A DNA stretch of 64,000 bases, taken from positions 1 to 64,000 of the IMG/VR virus record IMGVR_UViG_3300028394_000045; one strand, given 5' to 3'. The notes beneath the pieces are model-generated. The model saw nothing but the letters and a program-made list of their open reading frames with translations, was not told the DNA's origin and searched no databases. Made by a program: the position numbers and the translations under genes. Shown one piece after another: positions 1-9,274 of this stretch. The DNA comes from a virus. Position 1 is the stretch's first letter, and each line of letters opens with the position of its first letter.

Positions 1-53
1 TTTTTTACAGTTTTGCCGCGATACTCGCCGCGTACGATACGAATTGCACTCAT
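1..53 (-). CDS. N-terminal fragment of a gene running off the left edge (MSAIRIVRGEYRGKTVK...), hypothetical
   Basis: ATG at 53-51, AGGAG SD at 62-66, sigma70-type promoter at 99-127; frame open to the edge. Confidence 0.6.
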   Translation of the reverse strand, partial: MSAIRIVRGEYRGKTVK

Positions 54-98
54 TTGGTTGGCTCCTAATGTGCTGTTGAACTTACTTACTAAGCTGTT

Positions 99-127
99 AT
101 TATAGCAAAATACCCATTATTGGTCAA
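99..127 (-). promoter_or_regulatory. sigma70-type early promoter TTGACC-N17-TATAAT with extended TG
   Basis: ggtcaa at 122-127, attata at 99-104, 17-nt spacer, TGC immediately before the -10. Confidence 0.75.
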
Positions 128-226
128 TCTCTTTGTGTTGTATTTTTTACCAACTGTTGTTGCGAAATTTGTGCTTATTTTGCGACTTTTTTCAGCAACT
201 AAGGTAGTTCTTGCTATCATGTGTGT

Positions 227-255
227 ATTGTAGCACAAGCAGAATTAATGGTCAA
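227..255 (-). promoter_or_regulatory. sigma70-type promoter TTGACC-N17-TACAAT with extended TG
   Basis: ggtcaa at 250-255, attgta at 227-232, 17-nt spacer; same design as 99-127, 36749-36777 and 37051-37079. Confidence 0.65.
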
Positions 256-261
256 TCGGAA

Positions 262-1002
262 TCAACGCCATAATTGTGTAATAGCAGGGTCGGATATCTG
301 ATGTGGTTTTGGCATGCCGTGGAATACCACTACCGCAGTATCCGCAGCAATCTTCACACCAGTGCCGGGTGCCCGTGGCTGACGTCGTTGGAAATTATAT
401 CCGCCATCTAAACATTGCCATCTAAAACTTTGGAACAGTCGATCTTCAAAAAATCTACGTTGATTGACATTGATGGATTTGGTGATATAATCCTGATCAC
501 CTTGATTGTTTTTGGTCAATTGTGAAATATCGCCCTTGGAGAACTGGTCCCATATTCGAGAAAAATTACTCACATTCCACCACATGAAACTGCTGTTGAA
601 TACAGAATGATGTGGATTTTGCAAATATCTAAAATCCCGTATGCCCCAGAAGTAACTGGTATCATGATTTGTCACCCAAGACAGATCTCTTACAACCACG
701 GTGTCAAGATCCAAGTACAAAAGATTGCCTGCATGATGTTCTGGATTGAACATCTGCATTTTATACCACCAGGATTTCTTTGGTCCTGCTATGCCCGGCC
801 ATTCAGTCAATATGTGTTTGATCATGTGCGGAGGCACCGATCTATCATGCTCGGTATATACATGGAATCTTATGCCGCCGGGCAAGGCTCTGGTTAGCAT
901 GCTGTATAAATTTTCTACATAGCGCCAATCATATCCGGTGCTGTGTATCACACAGGCACAATCAATCATAGTGTCAGATGTGATGCGATTCTTTTTAGCC
1001 AT
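262..1002 (-). CDS. glycosyltransferase-like protein (GT-A fold, GT8-like)
   Basis: LLYLDLDTVV (DxD), NSSFMWW, GDQDYI, VVFHGMPKPH motifs. Confidence 0.7.
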   Translation of the reverse strand: MAKKNRITSDTMIDCACVIHSTGYDWRYVENLYSMLTRALPGGIRFHVYTEHDRSVPPHMIKHILTEWPGIAGPKKSWWYKMQMFNPEHHAGNLLYLDLDTVVVRDLSWVTNHDTSYFWGIRDFRYLQNPHHSVFNSSFMWWNVSNFSRIWDQFSKGDISQLTKNNQGDQDYITKSINVNQRRFFEDRLFQSFRWQCLDGGYNFQRRQPRAPGTGVKIAADTAVVVFHGMPKPHQISDPAITQLWR

Positions 1003-1820
1003 AGGCCCTCTTTCAACTCATCAACGGTATATTCAGTATGGCAGATTTCAATTACCCATTGACTTCTATCTATATCATATGGTTTGTCTATATCTTCTAT
1101 GGCAACTGATACTGGTGCGGCAAGACTGGATTCATGCACCACGGGCCTGCACCCTGTGATAGCTGCTTGAATGCCCGGGCCAGAGTTGTAATTCACAACT
1201 GCATGATATGAGTGATCCATATCAAACCCGTCATAGGTATTGGGCACAGGTCTTGGTATTTCTAATCTCGCTCCTGCGGGCAAGTGTGGTAGATTCAGTC
1301 GAGATCTTGGATGTGGGCGAACAACAATAGGACGGTCACTCACACCCTGCAGATCCCGTATGCGATCCAACACCCAGGACTCTTGACTAGGCAAGTCTTG
1401 CACTTGTAGGCTGCGGCTGTGTTGTGCAGCTATCATGATATCTGGTCTGTGGATATTGGGTTTTGATAATTTCACACCTAACTTGGCTGGGCGATCGAGA
1501 TCGAGATCTTGTGTATGACCATAGTATCCTTGTGATGTCACATGGTTTACAGATACTTTCCAAGTGTGTCCTCTGTTTAACGCACCCACTTCAATGATAA
1601 TCACCGGGCGATTCAATCTACGATAATGTTCATACACCTGCCGATTGGCTCGCATACGCCCATTCCATAATACAGACCAAATGATCGCAGCATCTGTATC
1701 CCAGGAATTTTCCACAGTTTTTTGTCCGTTGGCTCGCAATGCATCCAGCACAGCACTCATCACTGGCGGACTGTTACCCGCACACTGGGCGGGAAAATAA
1801 GATAGGGTTTTTATGCTCAC
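966..1820 (-). CDS. capsule-biosynthesis (KpsS/KpsC-like) glycosyltransferase paralog
   Basis: VVRPHP and AVVNYNSGPGIQAAITGCRPV motifs; GTG at 1820 chosen because the longer ORF (to 1859) overlaps the divergent gene. Confidence 0.55.
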   Translation of the reverse strand: MSIKTLSYFPAQCAGNSPPVMSAVLDALRANGQKTVENSWDTDAAIIWSVLWNGRMRANRQVYEHYRRLNRPVIIIEVGALNRGHTWKVSVNHVTSQGYYGHTQDLDLDRPAKLGVKLSKPNIHRPDIMIAAQHSRSLQVQDLPSQESWVLDRIRDLQGVSDRPIVVRPHPRSRLNLPHLPAGARLEIPRPVPNTYDGFDMDHSYHAVVNYNSGPGIQAAITGCRPVVHESSLAAPVSVAIEDIDKPYDIDRSQWVIEICHTEYTVDELKEGLWLKRIASHLTL

Positions 1821-1826
1821 TAAATA
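1821..1826 (+). promoter_or_regulatory. T4-type late promoter core TAAATA, 4 nt before ATG
   Basis: cTAAATAtctgATG; same motif recurs before many genes. Confidence 0.6.
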
Positions 1827-1830
1827 TCTG

Positions 1831-2670
1831 ATGAAATACAGTATAGTTACCACTTTCAATGCCGACGGCTACAAGAAATATGGTAAGCAAATGATCCAAA
1901 CTTGGCTATCTAACTGGCCAACTCAAGCCGAACTTCGAGTGTATGCTGAAAATTGTTCTGTGACCGAATCTGCACCCAATTTACAAGTTTTGGATTTAGA
2001 ATTCGCTAGCCCACAATTGGTTGCATTTAAAAATCAATGGAGAGATGTTCCCAAAGCCAACGGTGATATCAGTGCTATTACAGGGCTAAATCAACGCAAA
2101 GATTTCAAGAAACAATTCAAATGGAATGCAGTACGTTTCAGCCATAAAGTATATGCCATATTCCATGCAGCAAAAGCATCCAACGCAGATTGGTTGATAT
2201 GGATGGATGCTGATATGGTGTGTCATAGTCCCATATCTGAATCGGATCTAGATAGATTGATACCCGCACATACAGATCTATGCTATCTTGGACGGCAAGG
2301 TAAGTTTTCTGAATGTGGGTTATATGCCATGAAACTACGCACACCGGCTATGGATCGATTCCTTGCTGAGTTTCAACGTGTGTATGATCAAGCAGACACG
2401 GGTATATTTGAATTGGCCGAATGGCATGATAGCTTTGTGTTTGATAGTGTGCGTGTTCGCATGCCCGACCTTGTACAACACAATTGGAGCGAAGCATTGA
2501 TTGATCTACGAGCGACCAAGACCACGAGTGTGGGTGAAGGCCATCCATTGATCAATACAGAATGGGGCGAATACCTGGATCATCTCAAAGGCAGTCGCAA
2601 AGATACAGGGCGTAGCGAACGTGCAGATCTCAAAATGCCACGGCGCAGCAGTTACTGGAAGAACACATGA
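1831..2670 (+). CDS. glycosyltransferase-like protein (GT-A, DxD)
   Basis: WLIWMDADMV motif, FSHKVYA, EWHDSFVFD; start moved to ATG 1831 after TAAATA. Confidence 0.6.
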   Translation: MKYSIVTTFNADGYKKYGKQMIQTWLSNWPTQAELRVYAENCSVTESAPNLQVLDLEFASPQLVAFKNQWRDVPKANGDISAITGLNQRKDFKKQFKWNAVRFSHKVYAIFHAAKASNADWLIWMDADMVCHSPISESDLDRLIPAHTDLCYLGRQGKFSECGLYAMKLRTPAMDRFLAEFQRVYDQADTGIFELAEWHDSFVFDSVRVRMPDLVQHNWSEALIDLRATKTTSVGEGHPLINTEWGEYLDHLKGSRKDTGRSERADLKMPRRSSYWKNT

Positions 2671-3479
2671 GCTGGATCTGTCTAAGCAAAAACGGCGAGG
2701 ACGAATACATAGACATGTTTGCACGTGGCGCAGGAATGGAACCTACCCCATTGGAAACATGGAACTACGCAGACAATCAGGATCCACTGGTGCTGCGTGG
2801 TATTATGAAACACAAGATAATCAAAAAGTGCTGGCAAGACAAAAGATTCTTTTGGTACATGGATTCGGGTTACTTGGGCAATCGACCCAGTATCAAAAAC
2901 CCGTATGGATGGAAACATTGGCATCGTATTGTACCCAATGATTTGCAACACGATCAGATCATACCACGGCCAGCTGATAGATTACAACGATTAGAACTGT
3001 ACATGAGACCGTATCATCGACACAGTCGCAATATATTGATTGTTGCTCCTGATCACAAACCTTGTGCATTTTACGGATTTGAATTGGAAGACTGGGTGAA
3101 AGATGTCACTAACGAATTACAGATGTACACCGATCGCCCAATTTGTATCCGAGAACGTCCTCCTAGTAGGATGGATCGTAAAACACAACGGGCCGAAGAT
3201 TGGTTGGCCGATGTACATGCTGTGGTCACGTTTAACAGTACAGCAGCCACTGAGGCTATATTAGCTGGTGTGCCTGTGTTCACCACGGCACCATGTAATG
3301 CCGCCAACCCAATGAGCAATCACGATCTTTCCAAGATAGAAGAACCGTGGTTTCCTACAGATGATCAACGCCATGCTTGGCTGTGTCATCTTGCGTATGG
3401 ACAATTTCATATAGATGAATTCAAGAGTGGTATGGCATATCGCATACTGAAACAAACACAGGAGATGATAAATGGCTGA
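2667..3479 (+). CDS. KpsS/KpsC-like capsule-biosynthesis glycosyltransferase paralog
   Basis: YMDSGYLG, TDRPICIRERP, HAVVTFNSTAATEAILAGVPVF; ATGA coupling to the upstream gene. Confidence 0.55.
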   Translation: MSWICLSKNGEDEYIDMFARGAGMEPTPLETWNYADNQDPLVLRGIMKHKIIKKCWQDKRFFWYMDSGYLGNRPSIKNPYGWKHWHRIVPNDLQHDQIIPRPADRLQRLELYMRPYHRHSRNILIVAPDHKPCAFYGFELEDWVKDVTNELQMYTDRPICIRERPPSRMDRKTQRAEDWLADVHAVVTFNSTAATEAILAGVPVFTTAPCNAANPMSNHDLSKIEEPWFPTDDQRHAWLCHLAYGQFHIDEFKSGMAYRILKQTQEMING

Positions 3480-4122
3480 ACATTATGGATGGCACTTTCC
3501 GGATTTTGAAACACACTTTCCCAAGATGCTGAAAAAAAGTGTTGATAAAGGGCTACCTCCCGAATATCAAGTGGCGGTGAGAAAAAGAAGCATTGATCTT
3601 TGCAAGTCTCGTGGCATTGCATTGGACATCGGTGCCAATGTGGGACTATGGAGTCGAGATTTAGTAAAGAATTTTGCCAAAGTCATTGCATTTGAACCAG
3701 TAGGATTGTTTAGAGAATGCTTGGAAAAAAATGTCACTGGCGATAATTTTTTCATCAGTCCATTGGCCTTGGGAGATCAAGACAGTCAAGGAACCATGAT
3801 CATAACCGAAGAGAACAGTGGCCACAGCCATTTAGATCCCAACAGCATGGGCACCGGAGATGTGCAGATTGTGCGTCTCGATAATCTAAACTTGCAAGGT
3901 GTGGATTATATAAAGATCGACTGCGAAGGCTACGAATATCGTGTGTTGCAAGGTGCAGAACAAACCGTAAAACGCTGCCGACCTGTTATGGTAATTGAAC
4001 AAAAACCACACGATGCTTACAGCAAAGAATACGGACAGTTTGCTGCTATTGCATTGTTGGAATCCTGGGGTATGGTCAAACTAGATCAAGTTAGAGATGA
4101 TTGGATCATGGGATGGATGTAG
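3472..4122 (+). CDS. FkbM-family SAM-dependent methyltransferase
   Basis: ALDIGANVGLWS, VIAFEP, IKIDCEGYEYRVLQGA motifs. Confidence 0.85.
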   Translation: MAEHYGWHFPDFETHFPKMLKKSVDKGLPPEYQVAVRKRSIDLCKSRGIALDIGANVGLWSRDLVKNFAKVIAFEPVGLFRECLEKNVTGDNFFISPLALGDQDSQGTMIITEENSGHSHLDPNSMGTGDVQIVRLDNLNLQGVDYIKIDCEGYEYRVLQGAEQTVKRCRPVMVIEQKPHDAYSKEYGQFAAIALLESWGMVKLDQVRDDWIMGWM

Positions 4123-4739
4123 AAAACCCATCCAAGGGTGCAGAAGATTCCGCAGCATGGGATCGTAAATGGTCTCATGAACGATATGTGACCAAACGCC
4201 GTGCTAGTTTTAAAATTGTTGATGCATATTTGAATCAACCCGTTGGCAGATTGCTGGATATAGGATGCGGATTTGCGTATGACAGCAGATGGTTTAACGA
4301 AAAGTACGGTACAGAACTTTGGTTACTGGATGGAGATGCTAGCACCAATGCTGCCAAATCAGAGTCAGCCAGCTATGGCAACTGGAACACCACCAGCAGT
4401 GAGCTAAAGTTTTATCACACATTTGAATTCTTGGACGCAAAACTAAAAGCACTGGGCACACAGAATTATCGATTAATTGATACCAACAATATTTCTATAC
4501 CCGATGATATTAAGTTTGATGTCATAACCAGTTGGCTCAGCTGCGGGCATCACTATCCTGTAAAGACTTACATAGAACTCATGAAGAGACATTCACATGC
4601 CGGCACTAGAATTATTTTAGACATTAGATGCAAAGGCACTGAAACCAATTTCATTGGGGTAGATGGATTTGAAATTGTCAATGTGATATCCAACGTGGGG
4701 GGCAAGAAAAGAGCCACTGTGGAGATACGATTGTTATGA
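4113..4739 (+). CDS. class I SAM-dependent methyltransferase
   Basis: LLDIGCGFAY motif I, FDVITSWLSCGHHYP; ATG 4113 preferred to TTG 4101. Confidence 0.7.
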   Translation: MDVENPSKGAEDSAAWDRKWSHERYVTKRRASFKIVDAYLNQPVGRLLDIGCGFAYDSRWFNEKYGTELWLLDGDASTNAAKSESASYGNWNTTSSELKFYHTFEFLDAKLKALGTQNYRLIDTNNISIPDDIKFDVITSWLSCGHHYPVKTYIELMKRHSHAGTRIILDIRCKGTETNFIGVDGFEIVNVISNVGGKKRATVEIRLL

Positions 4740-5407
4740 GTCCTTATTACCAAGAGTCTGTTAGGCTGGGCACCGAGTTCCAAAAGAACAACAAGAACTG
4801 GGCCGGATATGATGTGGTTAAATATCAAAAACTCATCAAGGATCTGGTGGTTAGATATGACGCCAAGACCATATTAGATTACGGCTGCGGCAAAGGATTG
4901 CAATACACGGAAAAACTACCATATGGTCAGTTGCCCGGGGATCCGATACCATTAGAAGATTGGAAAACATTTGATGAATATCTTGGTGTTACGGCCTATG
5001 CCTATGATCCATGCGTGGAAGAGCACAATCAGTTGCCCGATCCTGCAATAAAGTTTGATGGTGTGATCTGCACACAGGTGCTGAACAGCATACCCGACGA
5101 TGACATGACATGGGTGCGAGATCTATTGCAGCAGCATTCAGCTAAATTCTGTTTCATTGGTGTGAATTTTCAACGTGAAGCCAAAAGCAAAAAAACCATG
5201 TATGATCCTGAGTATTTTAGACAGCCGCGCACAAGAGAGTTTTTTCGCAGCTACTACAACAATTGGTCCGGAAGTGATTTGTTCTGGTGGTGGAAGGATC
5301 GTCCTTACTATGCTGCATGGGCAGATGATCAATTGGCAGGCACATGGCAGGATGTGCCCGAGCAGTTCGAAGGCAAATATAAGTATATAGAGGTCAATCA
5401 CAGATGA
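4736..5407 (+). CDS. class I SAM-dependent methyltransferase
   Basis: ILDYGCGKG, YDP, FDGVICTQVL; ATGA coupling. Confidence 0.75.
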   Translation: MSPYYQESVRLGTEFQKNNKNWAGYDVVKYQKLIKDLVVRYDAKTILDYGCGKGLQYTEKLPYGQLPGDPIPLEDWKTFDEYLGVTAYAYDPCVEEHNQLPDPAIKFDGVICTQVLNSIPDDDMTWVRDLLQQHSAKFCFIGVNFQREAKSKKTMYDPEYFRQPRTREFFRSYYNNWSGSDLFWWWKDRPYYAAWADDQLAGTWQDVPEQFEGKYKYIEVNHR

Positions 5408-5964
5408 TAATCAATCAAGAATACAAAGATCAACTAGCTACCATGCATGGTCAAGGCAGATTCAGAAGAGGTAGCAAAATACTATCTACCATAACTCCTT
5501 TCCTTAAACAATATCAACCCACAAGCGTATTAGATTTTGGATGCGGGCACGGCGAGCTGATTCAGAGTATTGCAGAAGCATACCCGGGCACAACAGTAGA
5601 TGGCTATGATCCAGGATCAGCCACACATGGCGAAATGCCAGTGGAGTCATTTGACTGTGTGGTCAGCGCAGATGTTTTTGAACATATTGAACCCGAGCAT
5701 TTGGATCAAACATTGCAGTTGATCGGTTTAAAGATGCAGCGTGTGGGCTGGTTCCGTATTGCTTGTTACCCGGCTAAAAAGATATTACTGGATGGGCGCA
5801 ATGCTCATCTCATTGTAGAACAACCTGCATGGTGGCGCGAACGGCTATTAAAAAATATGTCAATCGAAATTGTGGATGAGGTAATCAGTGTGTTTGACAA
5901 GAGCTACAAATGGCCACATGTCAAAGGCTGCAACTACGACGTGACTGTGTTGCGGGCCAAGTAA
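5404..5964 (+). CDS. class I SAM-dependent methyltransferase
   Basis: VLDFGCGHG, GYDP, FDCVVSADVFEHI; ATGA coupling. Confidence 0.8.
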   Translation: MIINQEYKDQLATMHGQGRFRRGSKILSTITPFLKQYQPTSVLDFGCGHGELIQSIAEAYPGTTVDGYDPGSATHGEMPVESFDCVVSADVFEHIEPEHLDQTLQLIGLKMQRVGWFRIACYPAKKILLDGRNAHLIVEQPAWWRERLLKNMSIEIVDEVISVFDKSYKWPHVKGCNYDVTVLRAK

Positions 5965-6881
5965 GGCAAGAACTTCTGATAGATGCGGCCTTCTTTGGCA
6001 TCATCGTCGCTCCAATGTGCTGCTGCTAGATCACTAATCCATTGTTGTCGATCAAATTGCTCTGGTGATTCGATCTTGGCAATGTCTTTGTTGGCCACTG
6101 CCCAACTTACACAGCTAGCATCATCAACAAAAATAGGTATGCCAGCACAGGCTGCTGCCACACTTGCACTACTGTTAAAGAATACCGCAGCATGTGCTCG
6201 TTGCAAATTGTCTGTGAGTCTTGCAGTTGATGGTTCTAATACCTGCACTCCAAGATGTGACTGATAATGTTTTGTCCTAAACTGCAAAAAATCTGTTGGC
6301 TTGTACGCACCCGGATGCGGGCGTACCATGATAGTGCGGTCTGTATATTTTCTTATTTCGGCAATTTTTTGTGTTAGCCATACCAATGGATCCAATGCTT
6401 TCATAGCAAATCCACCATCTCGTTGCATACAGATCAACACATGTCCGCCGGAATTGGTCTGTGGTGGGTCTAATGAAATGCCCAACGCTTGACTGATCTC
6501 TTGCCATTTGCTACTGTCGCTGTTGCGGTTGGCATATTCTGCTCGATCATAAAATGGACCATCTAAACTGTAACGTAGGTAGCTGCTGGCATTGTCTAGA
6601 TATTTCCAACAACTGGCATCGATGCACATGGTATGGAATCCATGTCGGCGTTGTTGTGAGATGATTTCTTTTCTCAATGCTATGTTTGGCCCGCCGGTAT
6701 TTGTTGTAGCCCACCCCAGCATCAACGCTAACCGACTGGGAGTATATCTGTGAGCAGTCTCAAGCGTAACACTGTGCCCGAGTTTGCTTACACCGGCAGC
6801 AAAACTTTCCAAGCATTGTGTCTTCCTGATGTGTTTCTGGAAGTTGGCCACACTGGAGATATAAACTACAACATCAACCAT
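5934..6881 (-). CDS. KpsS/KpsC-like capsule-biosynthesis glycosyltransferase paralog
   Basis: VLICMQRDGG, TDRTIMVRPHP, AAVFFNSSASVAAACAGIPIFV. Confidence 0.55.
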   Translation of the reverse strand: MVDVVVYISSVANFQKHIRKTQCLESFAAGVSKLGHSVTLETAHRYTPSRLALMLGWATTNTGGPNIALRKEIISQQRRHGFHTMCIDASCWKYLDNASSYLRYSLDGPFYDRAEYANRNSDSSKWQEISQALGISLDPPQTNSGGHVLICMQRDGGFAMKALDPLVWLTQKIAEIRKYTDRTIMVRPHPGAYKPTDFLQFRTKHYQSHLGVQVLEPSTARLTDNLQRAHAAVFFNSSASVAAACAGIPIFVDDASCVSWAVANKDIAKIESPEQFDRQQWISDLAAAHWSDDDAKEGRIYQKFLPYLARNTVTS

Positions 6882-7845
6882 CGTTTAGTATGCGCCAAGC
6901 TGTGCCATCACGCATTTCCACTTCGGTAAATTGGCAATAGGCCATGTGTCGAGCCCATGCGGCAATCTCGTCGAGGCTTGGGGTTTTGATTGTTTCAAGA
7001 TCAGAAATGCTGGTGCTGCATACTGCTGCGGCTGCATTGGGCCCTAGTGTGATTGCTGGTTTGCCAAACAAGATTGCTTCGCCGGCTGCAATACTGCTGT
7101 AGGTGATCAAGCAATAGATATCTTGATCCAATGCCATTTCTATAGTGTTATCGTTTATCCTGGTACTACGACCTTGCTTGCGCCGGATCACTACTTCTCT
7201 ATCCGTATGAGTACCGATCTCGGCCAGAGTCTGGGTCAGCCATGTTTCTAAATCAATGTCGTATAGATTCAGCAGTTTTTGGCTGGGTGGTGCCAGTAAT
7301 ATTTTGCTGCCATCGGCACGTACTTTTTTCAAGCTGACGCCTGTGCGATCTAATCTGTCAGATGGGCGTTCTCTCACAGGCCCAAAGTTCTGTACATCGT
7401 TGCGTGTGATGCGATGATAGTTTTTCTTCTTGCCATTGCCAAAGTAGCCGGTATCGATGTAGTAGAAATCTCTGCCGGCCTCACGGCAGGTGTCCATCTG
7501 TTTGCGTTTGGTTATGCCGCGTAGCACCACAGGGGTGTTGGTGTTTTCTTCTTTTGACCAGGTGCTGATCTGACCGCCAGCACCTTGCACAAAACTTTGT
7601 AATGTAGGATCGTACATGTGTCCTTTTCTTTCATATCTATACTCACTATCCAATGCCACTATGCGATCAACTGGTAATTCAGCGATCTGTTGCATGAGTG
7701 CTTGTTGTGTGATACCATAGTATAGCCCTGCTGGATCCACACGGTATTTCAATATGTCATCGAACAGCTTTCGTATCTCTGGAACCACCATGTCCAGTAC
7801 ATGTTTTTCCAACGGTGGCGAATATTGTTCTTCTTCGGACATCAT
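6874..7845 (-). CDS. KpsS/KpsC-like capsule-biosynthesis glycosyltransferase paralog
   Basis: YIDTGYFG, TDREVVIRRK, LITYSSIAAGEAILFGKP; close paralog of 2667-3479; ATG 7845 couples to the upstream stop. Confidence 0.55.
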   Translation of the reverse strand: MMSEEEQYSPPLEKHVLDMVVPEIRKLFDDILKYRVDPAGLYYGITQQALMQQIAELPVDRIVALDSEYRYERKGHMYDPTLQSFVQGAGGQISTWSKEENTNTPVVLRGITKRKQMDTCREAGRDFYYIDTGYFGNGKKKNYHRITRNDVQNFGPVRERPSDRLDRTGVSLKKVRADGSKILLAPPSQKLLNLYDIDLETWLTQTLAEIGTHTDREVVIRRKQGRSTRINDNTIEMALDQDIYCLITYSSIAAGEAILFGKPAITLGPNAAAAVCSTSISDLETIKTPSLDEIAAWARHMAYCQFTEVEMRDGTAWRILNDG

Positions 7846-8522
7846 AGTCTCTGTTGGCAATGCTCAGTGAGCTGTCGTTCCGCATGCCAGTGTTCGTTCA
7901 TTGGCGTGTCTTTGAATTCATCAAAGCAAGGCGTGCCTAGTGTGTAGTGCAGCAGTTTTGCATCAGGATTGGCACCGTATTCATCGGGTAACCAATTCCA
8001 CTCTTTTGGCAGCTCGCCCAGTCGTTCATCATCTATCCAGGAGAAACGATGCAGGAATGCGCCTGTTGATTTTTGCACAAATTCAGGAGTGAGCTGTCTA
8101 TTTCGTATAGCATTGCAATTCCACAATATCACACTTGACCAGTTTTTACGTGGGTAATCTTCATTGGGACTGCCCAGATACTTCTCTTTCATTCGAGTCT
8201 TGTAGTCATGTTTGACCACCATAGCATCTCGGGTGTATTCTTTGAGATTCCATAGCTCGGTAATATCCCCACGAACGATCATGTCCCCATCAATGAATAT
8301 GGCCCAACCCTGGTGATCCATGAGATACGGCACTAGGAAACGTGTGTAGATAAAGTGATTGCTACCGTCAGTATGTGTTTCGGCATAGTCTTTGAACAAG
8401 TTCAACGCCACAGGTACAATAGCCACTGGACTGGTGCTGTTGCGTATGATAGAATTTACGCAGGTGTGATACGCGATGGCTTCTCTGGGATCGTACCCCA
8501 CAAAAACAGGAATTGGTTTCAT
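7842..8522 (-). CDS. nucleotide-diphospho-sugar glycosyltransferase (GT-A, CDI/GT8-like)
   Basis: VFVGYDPRE, TRFLVPYL, IFIDGDM (DxD), YPRKNWSSVILWN, LLHYTLGTP. Confidence 0.75.
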   Translation of the reverse strand: MKPIPVFVGYDPREAIAYHTCVNSIIRNSTSPVAIVPVALNLFKDYAETHTDGSNHFIYTRFLVPYLMDHQGWAIFIDGDMIVRGDITELWNLKEYTRDAMVVKHDYKTRMKEKYLGSPNEDYPRKNWSSVILWNCNAIRNRQLTPEFVQKSTGAFLHRFSWIDDERLGELPKEWNWLPDEYGANPDAKLLHYTLGTPCFDEFKDTPMNEHWHAERQLTEHCQQRL

Positions 8523-8527
8523 GAAGA

Positions 8528-8535
8528 TATTTATA
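8528..8535 (-). promoter_or_regulatory. perfect T4 late promoter TATAAATA, 5 nt before ATG
   Basis: TATAAATAtcttcATG on the minus strand. Confidence 0.7.
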
Positions 8536-8543
8536 GGCGTAGA

Positions 8544-8996
8544 TTACACCGTGATATCTTCCATGCCTGCTGTTCTAAGTCGCACCACATGCCCCATCTG
8601 CCATTGTTTGGTATCCAGACCTTTCATTATGCCCAGCCACCGATTGCGCAAGTATGCTACTTCGTTGATGATAGTTTCATAGTCAATCACTTCGTCCTCG
8701 CCCTCCACGTACTTTTCTGCATCTCTCGAGGTGAGTGCCCGGGCATAGCCTTCAAGATACTTCTGAAAGTGTTTTCTACGGATCTTGCGTAGTTGTATGT
8801 TGAGATAGTTTAACACAGCTTCAATCTCCTGAAGCTGATTAAATCTCTGTTCAGTAATGCCCGGCAATGCTGTGATATTGCGTTCTACCAAGCCGCCAAT
8901 CTTGCAGTCTTTTTTAGCATCATCAAGCTCGCGCTCGTAGTGAGTTATAAAGTCTGGGATAGAACCTAGATTGGCGACTACACGGCTGTACCACAT
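8544..8996 (-). CDS. uvsY: UvsY-like recombination mediator
   Basis: 150-aa helical protein, DAEKYVEGEDEV, C-terminal KGLDTKQWQ...LRTAG; two genes downstream of uvsX. Confidence 0.7.
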   Translation of the reverse strand: MWYSRVVANLGSIPDFITHYERELDDAKKDCKIGGLVERNITALPGITEQRFNQLQEIEAVLNYLNIQLRKIRRKHFQKYLEGYARALTSRDAEKYVEGEDEVIDYETIINEVAYLRNRWLGIMKGLDTKQWQMGHVVRLRTAGMEDITV

Positions 8997-9274
8997 TAAT
9001 TTTCCCAGTCGTCTTCGCGATAGTCTTCTTCTGCATCAATGCCATCATCTTCATCGTCATCATCTGTGTATGATTTATCGTTGTCAAGATACGCTGTGAG
9101 AGCTCGTTTGATGTCTGCATCGCCTTTGAATGTGTCTTTGATATCATCTACATCACAGTCGTTGTCGATCAAGATGGCCACCACTGTCTCTGCTGCTTCA
9201 TTGCGATCCACTGTGTTCACATAACGCTTGAGTTCTGACCACAATTCGCTGGCCACTGCTACTGCTTCACTCAT
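8996..9274 (-). CDS. small acidic hypothetical protein
   Basis: translationally coupled on both sides, acidic C-terminal tail. Confidence 0.7.
   Translation of the reverse strand: MSEAVAVASELWSELKRYVNTVDRNEAAETVVAILIDNDCDVDDIKDTFKGDADIKRALTAYLDNDKSYTDDDDEDDGIDAEEDYREDDWEN

Noticed and set aside
262-8522. Island as a bacterial capsule locus (host contamination or prophage flank)
   Set aside because: No transport or polymerase genes, phage late promoters head the units, and it is contiguous with uvsY
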